Shown here: positions 15,963 through 26,756 of the stretch, in pieces
How the letters are laid out: each line of letters begins with the position of its first letter
Numbering within the stretch: position 1 is the stretch's first letter
Virus record (IMG/VR): IMGVR_UViG_3300042542_003555
Coordinates: 1-64,000 of that record
Length of the DNA: 64,000 nt
Direction: 5' to 3' (one strand)
Source: a virus
Program-made: the position numbers and the translations under genes
The notes under the pieces: model-generated
What the model saw: the letters and a program-made list of their open reading frames with translations, nothing else
What the model was told of the DNA's origin: nothing
Database searches by the model: none

Positions 15963-17288
15963 TTACATCAGATTCTTAACACCGAAGATTCTGTAGTAAA
16001 CATTGCTACGTGCTGATAGAGCACCATTGCCTTTTGTGATACCTTCAGCAAATGGGTTAGCTACCATGCCGTAACGAGTCTTGAATCCAATCTTTGGTTG
16101 GAATGTATACTGGTCAACAGCACGAACCATTTGTAGAGGAACGTATGGGCAGTAGAACAGACCAGCGTCATAAGGTGATGTACCCTTATATCCAACTGTT
16201 ACTAGTTCTTGGTTGCTTGTGTATCCACCGAAATATGGATCGATGTATACTTTGATACGTCCATGTAGCAATCCAGCGAATGTATTGCCTGTGTCATCTA
16301 CTTGCAGATCAGCTTGTAGAGCAGGTGTATATTGCAGAACACCAGCCATAGCCATAGCGGAAGCAACGTCTGAAGAAACGATCAGAACGTTACCTTTTCC
16401 TCTACGAGTCTGCTTTGCGATAACGTTAGCATCACGTTCAATTTGGAAAATTAGACCTTTGAAACGCTCAACTGACCAACGGCCATTTGAATCTGTGTCT
16501 AAGTCAAAGTAACCAGCAGTTGTTGTACCATACTGAGCACCAGCAACAGCAGTTGCATAGATTGTACGGATAACTTCACGGTTGATTTCAGCTAGAATTT
16601 CTGTAGACAGAATGTTGCTTAGTTCTGTCTCAGCATCTAGACCATGAATTGCTTTCAGGTCTTGTGCTAGTTCTAGTGAGTATTCAGCCTTTAGCGCACG
16701 GCTTTGAGCAGTTACGGAAACTTTCTCAATGCTGAATGCCATTTGCTGGAATGCAGCGTTGCTCTCTGAACCCAAGAATTCAGCAGTTGCAGTTGGTAAG
16801 CCAATACCTGTTGTATAAGCGTTAGCTGCAAGGCTAGCAATTGGGTTAGTACCAACGTCAGTTGCTGGAGTACCAGCAAAGCCGTATGGATTGTTTTGTG
16901 AGCTAGTACCAGAGAAGATTGTGTTAGCTTCGTTGTAGAAAGCTTCACCACCATTTTGGTTAGCATATCTTGCTCTCATTGCAAAGATCAGTCCTGTAGG
17001 ACCTGTCATTGGCTGAACGCCAGCAACATCATAAGCAATCAGATTAGGTAATGCACGACGGACTAACGAGATCAGGATTGGATCAAAGTTCTGAACACCG
17101 CCTGTGATGTTAGTTGGACCTACTGAAGTTGTTTCGTTCAGCAGACCAGCGTCTTGTTGCATAGCTGCTTGCTGGTTCTCAAGAACCATTGCAGTAACAG
17201 CCTTCTTATATGGGTCCTTAATTGCTTCTAGTTCTGGATGATCCAGAACAGGAGCCCATTTCTGTTTTAGTTGTTCGGAAAGATACAT
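15963..17288 (-). CDS. gp23: major capsid protein gp23
   Basis: GVQPMTGPTGLIFAMR, SRALKAEYSLELAQDLKAIHGLDAE, FYCPYVPL, QPKIGFKTRYG. Confidence 0.99.
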   Translation of the reverse strand: MYLSEQLKQKWAPVLDHPELEAIKDPYKKAVTAMVLENQQAAMQQDAGLLNETTSVGPTNITGGVQNFDPILISLVRRALPNLIAYDVAGVQPMTGPTGLIFAMRARYANQNGGEAFYNEANTIFSGTSSQNNPYGFAGTPATDVGTNPIASLAANAYTTGIGLPTATAEFLGSESNAAFQQMAFSIEKVSVTAQSRALKAEYSLELAQDLKAIHGLDAETELSNILSTEILAEINREVIRTIYATAVAGAQYGTTTAGYFDLDTDSNGRWSVERFKGLIFQIERDANVIAKQTRRGKGNVLIVSSDVASAMAMAGVLQYTPALQADLQVDDTGNTFAGLLHGRIKVYIDPYFGGYTSNQELVTVGYKGTSPYDAGLFYCPYVPLQMVRAVDQYTFQPKIGFKTRYGMVANPFAEGITKGNGALSARSNVYYRIFGVKNLM

Positions 17289-17319
17289 CTAAGTCTCCTT
17301 TTTGTTATTGGTTTTTTAT

Positions 17320-18468
17320 TTATTTCGCCAAAGTTTTTGTAATAGCCTGAGCGTAAGCATTCATCATTGGATCTGAAGATTTTGGATCTTTCTTATCTTC
17401 ATCATCAATTTGAATTTCTTCATTCAGATCAGACGATTCGGCAGCTTTAACTTGACTTGGGAAATATGATTCCTTGATTGTCTCTAGTTTCTCTCCGAAA
17501 TCTTCTTCAGTAGTAAATTCAAGACTCTCTGCGAGTGCTTTGACTTTTTCTACTTGAGTCTGTGTAAGGCCTTCACAAGCTGCGTGGATAGCCTCCATTT
17601 TTCTGTGTTCGTTAATCGCTTTTGTGAACTCAACGTTCTTTTGAATTTCTTCGTTTAGAGCGTCTTCTAGTTCTTCAACACGACCAACTAATTCTTCTAC
17701 AGCGTCAACTTTTTCTTCTGGAATATCAATGTATGATTCTACGAATAGATTACGCAGTTTACCAATGAATTCTTCAACGATTTCGGCACGTAGACCTCTT
17801 TCGACTGCTAGTTCATTTTGTTGCATCCATTCTTCAACCATATAATTCAAATATTCATCCAGTTTTTCTGCTAAGTCTTCCTTGATTTGTTCAACAGCAA
17901 CTTGGAATTCTTCTGTCAAATTAGTTTCCATTGACTCAACAATAGTTTCTACTCTTGATAGAACAGCAGCTTCAAAAATAGTTGTTGCTTTGTTTCTGAA
18001 TTCTTCAGATAGGTTCTCACCTTCTAATAGAGCAGCAACATCGTCAGACATATCAATGCCTTCATGATATGATTGGAATGTAGCGCCTGGATTCATAGGC
18101 ATTGTTTGTGGTGCCAATTTACCAGCGATACGGTCACGAATGTTAGCCATATCTGTAGCATCTGATTGCTGAATTGTTCTTAGATCACCACGACCCATTG
18201 TTTCTTGTGGTTGTGATGCTAGTTTCTTCATTGGCTCTGAACCCACAGGAGGTGTTGCTCCTGGAGGAGTTGCTGTTGGTGTACCTTTAGTGTAATCTGG
18301 TGCATCATCATCATTTTTGGTTGGATCGTCACCGATTGAACCTACATCTTTTGTGCCATAAGCCACGCTTGATGGAAGTCTTGAAGTTTGATCTTGGCCA
18401 CCTCTTTTAGATGCAACAGATGCGTCTAAAATTTCCTTAGCGGCTTCAGAAAGATTAAATTTAGGCAT
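17320..18468 (-). CDS. gp22: prohead core scaffold protein gp22
   Basis: LSEEF..KA.TIFEAA, YL.Y.VEEW..QN.LA, C-terminal M.AY..AI; lies between gp21 and gp23. Confidence 0.92.
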   Translation of the reverse strand: MPKFNLSEAAKEILDASVASKRGGQDQTSRLPSSVAYGTKDVGSIGDDPTKNDDDAPDYTKGTPTATPPGATPPVGSEPMKKLASQPQETMGRGDLRTIQQSDATDMANIRDRIAGKLAPQTMPMNPGATFQSYHEGIDMSDDVAALLEGENLSEEFRNKATTIFEAAVLSRVETIVESMETNLTEEFQVAVEQIKEDLAEKLDEYLNYMVEEWMQQNELAVERGLRAEIVEEFIGKLRNLFVESYIDIPEEKVDAVEELVGRVEELEDALNEEIQKNVEFTKAINEHRKMEAIHAACEGLTQTQVEKVKALAESLEFTTEEDFGEKLETIKESYFPSQVKAAESSDLNEEIQIDDEDKKDPKSSDPMMNAYAQAITKTLAK

Positions 18469-18499
18469 TTTAGAAATCTCCTTGTTTTTCTATATTGGA

Positions 18500-18507
18500 T
18501 ATTTATA
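18500..18507 (-). promoter_or_regulatory. late promoter
   Basis: TATAAATA upstream of gp22. Confidence 0.75.
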
Positions 18508-18508
18508 A

Positions 18509-19153
18509 TTAAAGTTTTTTTATGAAGTTTTCAAATATGCGTAGACTTACTTCTTCAATCTCTTTTCTACTCGCTTTTTTAATTTGCTGAATAGCTTTTG
18601 ATTGATCCATTTCTGTCCAAACGCCATCTACTAACATCCATTCTTTGCCTTCCATAATACCCTCAACAAAAGCTCCGGGTGCGGAAGGATCTGCTACAAT
18701 ATCAGCCGCTGTGGCAAGATAAAAATCTGGTTGAACTACATTAACTCCATTGACATTTTTAAGAGAACCCATACCTCTAGACGAAACACCTAAACATGCT
18801 CCACCTTCAATAAGTTTCTTAGCAATGTTTCCCATCGGGGTGTCTAAGATTTTTGCTTTACCAATCCATTGAGTACCATCCTCATGTAAAGATGATATAA
18901 GAATTGCTGTACGTTCTAGATTGATTGTAGGTGTATCAGGATGACCTAATTCACCAAAAGCACGATTTTTGTTAATGTATTCTTCTGTGTAACGATGAAC
19001 TTCTTTTTTCATCGTATTGTATTCGTACAGGCGGCCGTTTTTATTTTTCTTTTCGGCAACAAGAAACGGACCTTGAATGTATAATTGTTTTTGGCCGTCT
19101 TTATCTTCTGTGAGATATTCAACAGTCTCAAAAACTTCTTTAATTAGTTTCAT
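18509..19153 (-). CDS. gp21: prohead protease gp21
   Basis: N.NGR.Y, AFGELGHP, GVSSRG.GS, D.VADPSAP.A. Confidence 0.97.
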   Translation of the reverse strand: MKLIKEVFETVEYLTEDKDGQKQLYIQGPFLVAEKKNKNGRLYEYNTMKKEVHRYTEEYINKNRAFGELGHPDTPTINLERTAILISSLHEDGTQWIGKAKILDTPMGNIAKKLIEGGACLGVSSRGMGSLKNVNGVNVVQPDFYLATAADIVADPSAPGAFVEGIMEGKEWMLVDGVWTEMDQSKAIQQIKKASRKEIEEVSLRIFENFIKKL

Positions 19154-19584
19154 ATTCCCATTGCCTTTCTTTTACCTATGGATCTTTGTCTTTTTCTTAG
19201 TGCCTGTTGTAGTTTTGCTCTACGCTTGTATCTAGATTTAACGGCACCTAATCTTCTTTTTTGTTGTTCCTGTGATGACATACGAACCATTTTTCCACCA
19301 CGTATTGTGTACCCTTTTATGGCAGAAAACTTCTTTCTTGTCTGCATTTTTCCACCACGAACACGCACACGTACAACTTTAACTCTACCTGCTTTTTGAC
19401 TATTTTTAGCCTCGTTTAATTCTTCTATACTTAAATCACAATCTAGTTCATCATACATTTCATAAACTAGACTCAGTTTTTTTTCAAACAATTTTGCTTT
19501 AATTTTTTGGTTAATGAATTGTTCTAGCTTCTCTTTAGCTTCTATTAATTTACCTTCAAGAACTAGATTAACAATCTCTTTCAT
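19150..19584 (-). CDS. gp68: prohead core protein gp68-like
   Basis: Very basic C-terminus (RVRGGK...RKRQRS..KRKAMGI); directly upstream of gp21. Confidence 0.75.
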   Translation of the reverse strand: MKEIVNLVLEGKLIEAKEKLEQFINQKIKAKLFEKKLSLVYEMYDELDCDLSIEELNEAKNSQKAGRVKVVRVRVRGGKMQTRKKFSAIKGYTIRGGKMVRMSSQEQQKRRLGAVKSRYKRRAKLQQALRKRQRSIGKRKAMGI

Positions 19585-20133
19585 TTATGGGGTGACGCTA
19601 TATGGCGGATAGTTAAATGCAGCAGGATCATTAAACTGACCACGTTGATAATACGCATTATCTTTACGTAGTTCTAGAATGATTGTATAACTTGCATTTG
19701 CAATTTGTCCACGGGTGTGAATACTAATATCACCGTTTGTATTGGCATTCACACTAGGATTTCTAATAGTAATCCAATTTCCAGCACCATCATATTCTCC
19801 ATTACCCTGCATGAACAAAATTGGAATTCCAGAATCTGGCTCTGCATTCACATGATTATTTGCTCTCCAATATAGTTCTACTGATCCTGATCCTGTATCC
19901 GTATCATACCAGCAACGATTAACAGTCAACCCATAATATGGTTTAGCTGTGTTACTTACGCTTAAACCACTTCTTAAAGGAACATTATTAGCATCTAATG
20001 CACCATATAATGTGTTTGCTTGAATTCTAGCAATATTTTCTTCTTGTGCTGAACCATCAAAAAGGCCAGTTAATTTAATAACCGCCATTTGTGTATCGTC
20101 TTTTAGAACTTGATATGAAAATGCGTTAGCCAT
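19585..20133 (-). CDS. putative virion structural protein
   Basis: 182-aa beta-rich ORF in the head module ending YTIILELRK. Confidence 0.65.
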   Translation of the reverse strand: MANAFSYQVLKDDTQMAVIKLTGLFDGSAQEENIARIQANTLYGALDANNVPLRSGLSVSNTAKPYYGLTVNRCWYDTDTGSGSVELYWRANNHVNAEPDSGIPILFMQGNGEYDGAGNWITIRNPSVNANTNGDISIHTRGQIANASYTIILELRKDNAYYQRGQFNDPAAFNYPPYSVTP

Positions 20134-20136
20134 TCT

Positions 20137-20634
20137 TTAATCCTTAGTTTTATAAGTTACATGTTTCCAAGCAAAATCTGCTACTTTTTTAAAGTGACTT
20201 TTACTTTTATGAGCCATTTGAGAAATCTTTTCTTTGTTCTCATCATTCACCGCACCATGTACTTTCAAAATAGCATTTGCTGTTTGTACATCAACTTTCA
20301 TTGAAGAACCGTCTTTAAATTTGACTGACTTTGCCTGACTATTATTTACAATGTTCTTCAAATGATGCATTACATTTTCTTCTAATGGCTCTAATTGCAA
20401 TTCTACTTCTTCGTTTGCCCAGTTTTTTACTTGATATGGTATAGTAATATACTTATTTAATTTATCTATCTGATAAAGAGCAACACGTTGCCCGTTTGGA
20501 AATTCACGAATCGATCTTCTACGCATCACAAGAGTTGGTGGAGGATCTGCCGGCTTAGAACTAAACACGCCAGGCATACCATCAATGTCTTCATCTATCT
20601 TGTGATCGGCAATAAAATCTTTTAGAGATTTCAT
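20137..20634 (-). CDS. putative head/internal protein
   Basis: N-terminus MKSLKDFIA resembles the T4 capsid-targeting sequence; internal L-x-E sites. Confidence 0.6.
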   Translation of the reverse strand: MKSLKDFIADHKIDEDIDGMPGVFSSKPADPPPTLVMRRRSIREFPNGQRVALYQIDKLNKYITIPYQVKNWANEEVELQLEPLEENVMHHLKNIVNNSQAKSVKFKDGSSMKVDVQTANAILKVHGAVNDENKEKISQMAHKSKSHFKKVADFAWKHVTYKTKD

Positions 20635-20840
20635 TCTTCGTCAATTCCTTCTTCTTGCTCATCATTCAGTTCTTCTGAATTGTCATATTCTTGCTCTTGT
20701 GTAACTAAGCCTTGTGCAATTTCTTGTTTTTTCATTTCAATGTGTGAATGAACTCTATCTTGAATGTCAGCATAAAGAGCATCACGCATTGCCACTGCAT
20801 CGTCTTGAATTGCATAATCTATAATTGCTCTGGTATTCAT
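20631..20840 (-). CDS. gp67: prohead core protein gp67-like
   Basis: Small protein with acidic tail immediately after the portal gene. Confidence 0.65.
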   Translation of the reverse strand: MNTRAIIDYAIQDDAVAMRDALYADIQDRVHSHIEMKKQEIAQGLVTQEQEYDNSEELNDEQEEGIDEE

Positions 20841-20872
20841 AATTTTCCTTTATTTAAAAATACGACAAATTT

Positions 20873-20880
20873 TATTTATA
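20873..20880 (-). promoter_or_regulatory. late promoter
   Basis: TATAAATA overlapping the gp20 stop codon. Confidence 0.7.
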
Positions 20881-22612
20881 ATATTCTTGTCAATCTTCTT
20901 ACCATAGAATTTTCAGATAAACTTAAATCGGCAGATGAATTAACTGCTTTAGGTTTTCTCTGTTGTGGCTTTTGTGTATCTATTGCAGAATTCTGTTGTG
21001 GTGCCTGTGAAAGATTTTGCTGCGACATTGTATCTTGTTGCTGTTGCATTTGTTGTTGCTGTGCATCCATTTGGATATCAGTCATCATTTTTTGTTGTGC
21101 AACAGCATTTTGCACTTCAGTAGGCACTTCAAATCCTGCTTTCTTTTCATCATCAATTTCTTTATCAATGAGTTTGATTTCATCATCGTCCATGCGTAGA
21201 ACATTTCTACGTATCCAACCCATCGAATAATATGTTCCGGTATATGGATCAACTTGCTGCAACAGAGTTAATCTATTTGCCATTAGTTCTGCTTCTTTTA
21301 GTTCAGCGAAATTATTATCTTTAATAAAGTCATAGTACATATGTTCTTTGAATTCTGTGAATTCCACATCAGTACATACGCCTTTTAGTACACATTGAAT
21401 TCTCAATGCTTGATCAAATAATTCGGAAAACTTGTTACGTAATCTGTCAATAAATTTTGCAAATTTTAATTCATCTCTAGTAATTTCAGATGAACGACCA
21501 ATAGTAAAACCAGAAGATGATTCTAATCGTGAGATAGGTACGCTTAGTGATTTGTATAGTTTCTTCTCAAAATATTTTACGTCCTCTAATTCACCTAAAT
21601 TTTGACCACCAGGCAATGTGGTAATCTCTGTTCCTTTTCCACCTTCTCTACGTGGTAACCAAAAGTCTTCCATCATTGATAGAAACTTACGATCATCACG
21701 AACTTCACCTGTGTTTGCATCATAAACAAGTTTGTTCTTGTACTTGATCATGATATCACGCAGATATTGTTCTGCTTTGAGTTTTGGTAAGTTACCTACA
21801 TCAATGTAAAAGATTCTACGCTCTGGTGCTCTAGAAATACGGTAGATAACAGTTGCATCTTCAATCATACGCAATTGATTAAGAGGCTTGATTGCTTTAT
21901 GTAAATATGAGAGAACAACTGCTCTACGAGAATCCATCAGACCAGAATTGATATTAATGATGGAGTCTTTTGTAATTCTTGTGCCTACTGGTCCATAGCT
22001 TGACTGTGTACCAGTAATTGCCTTGTCATTATAAATGTAATACTCATTAATTGTTGCCATTATTTCTACGCCAGTTCTTTCGTCTTTCTTTTTTCTCAAT
22101 TCACGAACTTTGCGTATTTTTCTTGGATCAACATAGCGTAATTCTTTAATACCCGCAATTGGATTTTCTCTATCAATAATAATATGATAGAACAATCTAC
22201 CATCAATGTAATATCTTCTAAAGATATCTTGAGCCATATTATTATAATTCAACAGTCTCAGGACAGTTGAGAATTCATCTTGAATTGCTTTTTTGATTTT
22301 GTCTGGCTGCTTTAAGTCATCCATAATCAATTTGACGTTTTTACCATCGTCATCTTGTACAATGGCTTCATTGATAATATCATCAATAGCAGATTCAATT
22401 TCCGGCTGCATAGCCATCTCTCTATATCGAGAGATTAGTTCTACTTCATTTTTTGCAGTACCATCAAGGTCAACATATGTACCATAATAGGCCGCAGAAG
22501 TAATCGTTAGTGCGCCGTCATCACTGCTTGGTGGAGCAAATGATTGTTGCACTAACGAATCTTCTTCAGCCTTTTGCCTCGATATCGTAAAGCCAAATAA
22601 ATTTAAAGCCAA
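20876..22612 (-). CDS. gp20: portal protein gp20
   Basis: YLHKAIKPLNQLRMIEDA.VIYR.SRAPERRIFYIDVGNLP, EDFWLPRREGG.GTEI.TLPG; TTG start after AAGGAG. Confidence 0.98.
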   Translation of the reverse strand: MALNLFGFTISRQKAEEDSLVQQSFAPPSSDDGALTITSAAYYGTYVDLDGTAKNEVELISRYREMAMQPEIESAIDDIINEAIVQDDDGKNVKLIMDDLKQPDKIKKAIQDEFSTVLRLLNYNNMAQDIFRRYYIDGRLFYHIIIDRENPIAGIKELRYVDPRKIRKVRELRKKKDERTGVEIMATINEYYIYNDKAITGTQSSYGPVGTRITKDSIININSGLMDSRRAVVLSYLHKAIKPLNQLRMIEDATVIYRISRAPERRIFYIDVGNLPKLKAEQYLRDIMIKYKNKLVYDANTGEVRDDRKFLSMMEDFWLPRREGGKGTEITTLPGGQNLGELEDVKYFEKKLYKSLSVPISRLESSSGFTIGRSSEITRDELKFAKFIDRLRNKFSELFDQALRIQCVLKGVCTDVEFTEFKEHMYYDFIKDNNFAELKEAELMANRLTLLQQVDPYTGTYYSMGWIRRNVLRMDDDEIKLIDKEIDDEKKAGFEVPTEVQNAVAQQKMMTDIQMDAQQQQMQQQQDTMSQQNLSQAPQQNSAIDTQKPQQRKPKAVNSSADLSLSENSMVRRLTRIL

Positions 22613-22663
22613 GATATTTCTCCTTACATTACAATACTGTTAATTTCAATTTTTTGTGAAAAA

Positions 22664-23251
22664 TTATCCAGGATTTTTCTGATCCGTAGTATCACTGATC
22701 CAATACTGATATGCAAATGTTATTGTAAATTCTTCGATAGAGTCGTTATCTCCCCAATTTAAATCGATAGGAGAAACGTCTACTGGGAAAGCATCTACAA
22801 ATGTATATTTTTTGATACCAGCTCCACCTGATTTTGAATACTGAGTGACACCCAACTGAGCAAAATAATCTAGTTTATTTGCAGGATCAGAACTTTGTCT
22901 TCTATTTCCAGCATGGGAGTTAACGTAATCTAACCATCTTTCAAATGTATTTTTAATTTTAAAATCTTCATCATTAATTACGGTTACTGTCCAGTCTGCA
23001 AAAGTTCTGTTGCCAGCAAATTTAACCTCACGACCAAAGTATGGAACATTTACTGTACCAATAGTTGATCCTGGAAGTTGAGCGGCTCTTACTAAAAATC
23101 TTGAAGTCTCTGCAATTCCTTGCCCTGCCAAGGATTGAACTCCTGGTAGTGTTTCGAGGGCTCTTGGAAGTCTTAATGTAACTTCAAATAAGTTAGCACG
23201 GGCTCCATCACCCAACATATTACTTCTGAATGAAGAAATGTTAAACGCCAT
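22664..23251 (-). CDS. gp19: tail tube protein gp19
   Basis: GARANLFEV, AAQLPGS, GR.VK.AG.RTF.DW.VTV.ND, IEEF.ITF.YQYW. Confidence 0.95.
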   Translation of the reverse strand: MAFNISSFRSNMLGDGARANLFEVTLRLPRALETLPGVQSLAGQGIAETSRFLVRAAQLPGSTIGTVNVPYFGREVKFAGNRTFADWTVTVINDEDFKIKNTFERWLDYVNSHAGNRRQSSDPANKLDYFAQLGVTQYSKSGGAGIKKYTFVDAFPVDVSPIDLNWGDNDSIEEFTITFAYQYWISDTTDQKNPG

Positions 23252-23283
23252 TTAAATTCTCCTTATTTGTTGGTTTATGTTAT

Positions 23284-24996
23284 TTATTGTGCACCAACAA
23301 TTGTTGTAAATTCAGTTCCTGTACCAACTGCAACAAAGTTCAATTGAATGAAGTTGATAGAACGTGCAGGCTTGATGTATATATCACCAACAAATCTGTT
23401 TGTGTCAACTACTTGTGGTGTGTTGTTTGTTGCATCACAGACTACTCTGAAATCTGTAATACCACCACGACCTTGAACTTGTCTTAGGAATGGCTCAACA
23501 AGAGCGATAAATTGTCCACGTGTAAATTCATCATTCAATTCAAATAGAGAGAATCTTGCAGCTTGAGAAATTGATTTCTCTAATGCGATAAACAGTCTAC
23601 GAACATTGATTCTATCAAATGCTGAAGGTTTTGACTGTAGTGTTTTGTCTCCAAATAGTATTGTTCCTTGTCCTTGGAAAGAAATGACAGGATTAACACC
23701 AGCGGAATACAAAGTATCTCTATATGTTTGAGCAGGATTCCATGCCAACTTGATACAGTTTCTAATAGTTCCTCTATTAAATCCTGCTGGTGAATACCAT
23801 GGATCTCTTACAGCATCAGTGAATGCACAAGTACCAGCTACGTCTGCATTTAGTGGTATCCAACGATAAACATTGTTGTATGGATCTAATTGATATTTCC
23901 ATCCAGAATCTGCAACAGCGTAACTTGAAGTGATTCCTAATGAATTAATCCAACCGGTTACGTTTGTTGTCGTTGTTGCTGCGCTAGTTTGATTTACAAC
24001 ATCAGAGTATAGCGGAGAAACGAATGCAACACAATCACGACGAGACTCGGCTAAACTGATCACATGGTTCTGAACTGTAACTGCGGATGTTTCTCCACCA
24101 GCGTCACCGGCAATCAATAGAGATACATCAATTTGTTCTTTATTTGCAAATAAATCCCAACCATTTGTTAAATCGCCGGCCGCAGGAACTTCATCTACAG
24201 CAGCACTTAGAGTAGAACTAAAGTTTGAAGTTAATGATGCATATGTTACATTGTTTGCAGCATTTGTTCCCCAAGTGGCATTTGTTGTTGCATAGCTTGG
24301 TGGATCCATAGCATACACATATGATGAGTTATCAAACAGAACTTGTTTATAGAAGTTTGGTGATCCATCGTTTGCTTTGATAGCATTTCTTGCTTTTGAA
24401 ACAAATCCAAAAGTTTCTAGTACAGTGTTTGCTGATCCAAACTTACCACCAGCATCTACAACAACAATATGCATTTCATCATTTGTTGCACCTTTGCTTG
24501 TTGCATATTCTGATGTTCCTGGTGCTGCTGGGAAAAGGCCTTTGTATTCCCAAGTGCTAAACAGAGAGGTATTTGCACACACAGAAACTTTTAAAGAGTT
24601 TCCTAGTGTACCAGCACATCTTGCAGCAAAAGCTCCATATGCATTTCCGGAATCTACATTTAAATATGACGCCAAATATACGTCATCGTTTTCGATTAAT
24701 AATCCAACTGAGTTTGCTGTAGCATTTCTAGCGTTTGCACCTACTGCTCTAACAACGCTTAGATTGTTTCCATATGATAGGAAGTTTGATGCTGTAAAGA
24801 AAGATACCGCAGAGTTGGAATCTGGTGTGCTGAAAGTTTCTCTTAGTGTGACAGCATTGTTGATCAGAACGGGTGTATCTACCGGACCCCATGCAAAGGT
24901 ACCGACAAATGCACCAGCAGTAGTAAGAACCGCAGGAACGACCGTAGTTTGATCGATCTCTGATACGTTTACTCCTGGAGATAACTGAATTGCCAT
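23284..24996 (-). CDS. gp18: tail sheath protein gp18
   Basis: SPGV...E.D, F.WGP, W.SPAGFNRG, FGDKT, FDRINVRRLF, IKPARSINFI.LNF. Confidence 0.97.
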   Translation of the reverse strand: MAIQLSPGVNVSEIDQTTVVPAVLTTAGAFVGTFAWGPVDTPVLINNAVTLRETFSTPDSNSAVSFFTASNFLSYGNNLSVVRAVGANARNATANSVGLLIENDDVYLASYLNVDSGNAYGAFAARCAGTLGNSLKVSVCANTSLFSTWEYKGLFPAAPGTSEYATSKGATNDEMHIVVVDAGGKFGSANTVLETFGFVSKARNAIKANDGSPNFYKQVLFDNSSYVYAMDPPSYATTNATWGTNAANNVTYASLTSNFSSTLSAAVDEVPAAGDLTNGWDLFANKEQIDVSLLIAGDAGGETSAVTVQNHVISLAESRRDCVAFVSPLYSDVVNQTSAATTTTNVTGWINSLGITSSYAVADSGWKYQLDPYNNVYRWIPLNADVAGTCAFTDAVRDPWYSPAGFNRGTIRNCIKLAWNPAQTYRDTLYSAGVNPVISFQGQGTILFGDKTLQSKPSAFDRINVRRLFIALEKSISQAARFSLFELNDEFTRGQFIALVEPFLRQVQGRGGITDFRVVCDATNNTPQVVDTNRFVGDIYIKPARSINFIQLNFVAVGTGTEFTTIVGAQ

Positions 24997-25061
24997 TTTT
25001 TTCTCCTTATTTTATTATAAATTGGCAGGTGTAAAAATCTGTATACTTTATTTAGAATATA

Positions 25062-26756
25062 TCAGTTTCTCATAATTTGATTGAAATATTCTGCATAGAC
25101 TTCGCCTTGATTCCCTGTAACCCACACATCGCCTCCTTCTACCAAGAAAGGAACATCTAATCCATCATCCATAACAAAGCCAGCGGGAGATGTTTCTTCA
25201 TCCATCTGACTTAGTTTTTCTAGTTGAAGTTGTTTTCTCAAGTCATGGTTAACAACATCTTTAAAATACTTCTGAGTTGTCATCCATGCAAACATCACCA
25301 GAGACATGACCATATCGTCAGTCTTACCTTCTTCTGCTCTCCATGTCATTCCATCAGAAACAAATGAGGTAAATTCTGAAATAGTATCGAAATCTTTTAC
25401 TATAAGTTTGTCAGTTTCGATGAGTGTTTTAAGGTTTGTACAACCAATTCGTTTGACTTGGGTACTCATCTTAACCCCAAGTTGAACACCTCTACCAAAT
25501 CCTGCTGAAATTTGCTGTGCTTTTTTATTTCCAGTCTGCACTTTCAACACATTTTCATATTCCATTTCGCCATGTAATATCTCAGCAATCTGCGGAGTAT
25601 TATTGATTTCTATCAAGACATACGCATTATTATAATATTTGGCAGCGTTATAGATAATCGTAGGAAATAAGACAGGAGAAATGAACGAACTAGCATATTT
25701 AGCTACCTGTCGATATGGTGTTTCTGATATATCAATTACTGATAGTGCAGACAAGTCCATATTCTTACCTTCTGCAACATCTACCGTAATCGCATATACA
25801 TGATCTTTTGTCAATTCACCATCGCCTACAATAGGATGTTCGTATATATCAAGAATTTCTTCTTTGGCTATTCGTTTTCTTTCTACAGGTTCAACATACA
25901 CAAGTTGCTGTAGTTTTGAGCCAGAAATGAGTGTGTTTGTAGAACCTAAAAATTCTGTTTCAAATTCTTGTTGGAACTGACGTTCTGAAGTATTGCGAAT
26001 GGTTTCTTCACGCCATACATCATCTCTGCCTGGTACTTGTGACCAGTGAATCTCAAATGTTTTATAGTTGTTCTTTTTGTTTATTGCATCCATCCATAAC
26101 TTGTAGAACAAGTTCATACCGTTAGGAGTAGATACAATAATAATCTTTGTAGATTTACCGGATGAGATTACAGGATAAACTGAGTTGAAGAATTCGTGCG
26201 CTATGTTTGAAGGAACGAACGCAAATTCATCTAAAAATACTACGTTAAACGATCCACCACGAACTGCTGATGATGAAGTGGCAGCAGCAATAACTTTTGA
26301 TCCATTTTCTAGTTCTACAGAACCTTTATTCCATGTAATGACACCTTGCTGCAACCACATGGGAAGATTTTCATAGGCTAGTTGATACTTTGCTAAAATG
26401 TCTCTAGCTAATTGTCCTTTGTTGGCAAGAACAGCAATGTTCTGTGTATCTTGAAAGATAGAAAGCCAGAGTAGATATGCAACCGTAGTAGTAGTTTTAC
26501 CAACCTGACGAGGACACTTGGTAATAGAGAAACGATTCTCATGATATGTGCGAATCATATCACGTTGAAAATCCCACATTCTAAATGGCATCAAACCTTC
26601 ATCAACGTTGACGATTTGAATATATCTTTCAGCAAAGTAAATAGGATCTTTAGAGCATTTAATATATTCTTCTATCTGCTCTTGCGTATATTCAATTTTT
26701 ACTCCAGCTCTTTTTAAGAGTGGATTATCTCTATAGGAATCTTTATTGATGGACAT
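25062..26756 (-). CDS. gp17: terminase large subunit gp17
   Basis: PRQVGKT, RGGSFN..FLDEFAF, STPNG.N.FY, DDMVMSLV. Confidence 0.98.
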   Translation of the reverse strand: MSINKDSYRDNPLLKRAGVKIEYTQEQIEEYIKCSKDPIYFAERYIQIVNVDEGLMPFRMWDFQRDMIRTYHENRFSITKCPRQVGKTTTTVAYLLWLSIFQDTQNIAVLANKGQLARDILAKYQLAYENLPMWLQQGVITWNKGSVELENGSKVIAAATSSSAVRGGSFNVVFLDEFAFVPSNIAHEFFNSVYPVISSGKSTKIIIVSTPNGMNLFYKLWMDAINKKNNYKTFEIHWSQVPGRDDVWREETIRNTSERQFQQEFETEFLGSTNTLISGSKLQQLVYVEPVERKRIAKEEILDIYEHPIVGDGELTKDHVYAITVDVAEGKNMDLSALSVIDISETPYRQVAKYASSFISPVLFPTIIYNAAKYYNNAYVLIEINNTPQIAEILHGEMEYENVLKVQTGNKKAQQISAGFGRGVQLGVKMSTQVKRIGCTNLKTLIETDKLIVKDFDTISEFTSFVSDGMTWRAEEGKTDDMVMSLVMFAWMTTQKYFKDVVNHDLRKQLQLEKLSQMDEETSPAGFVMDDGLDVPFLVEGGDVWVTGNQGEVYAEYFNQIMRN

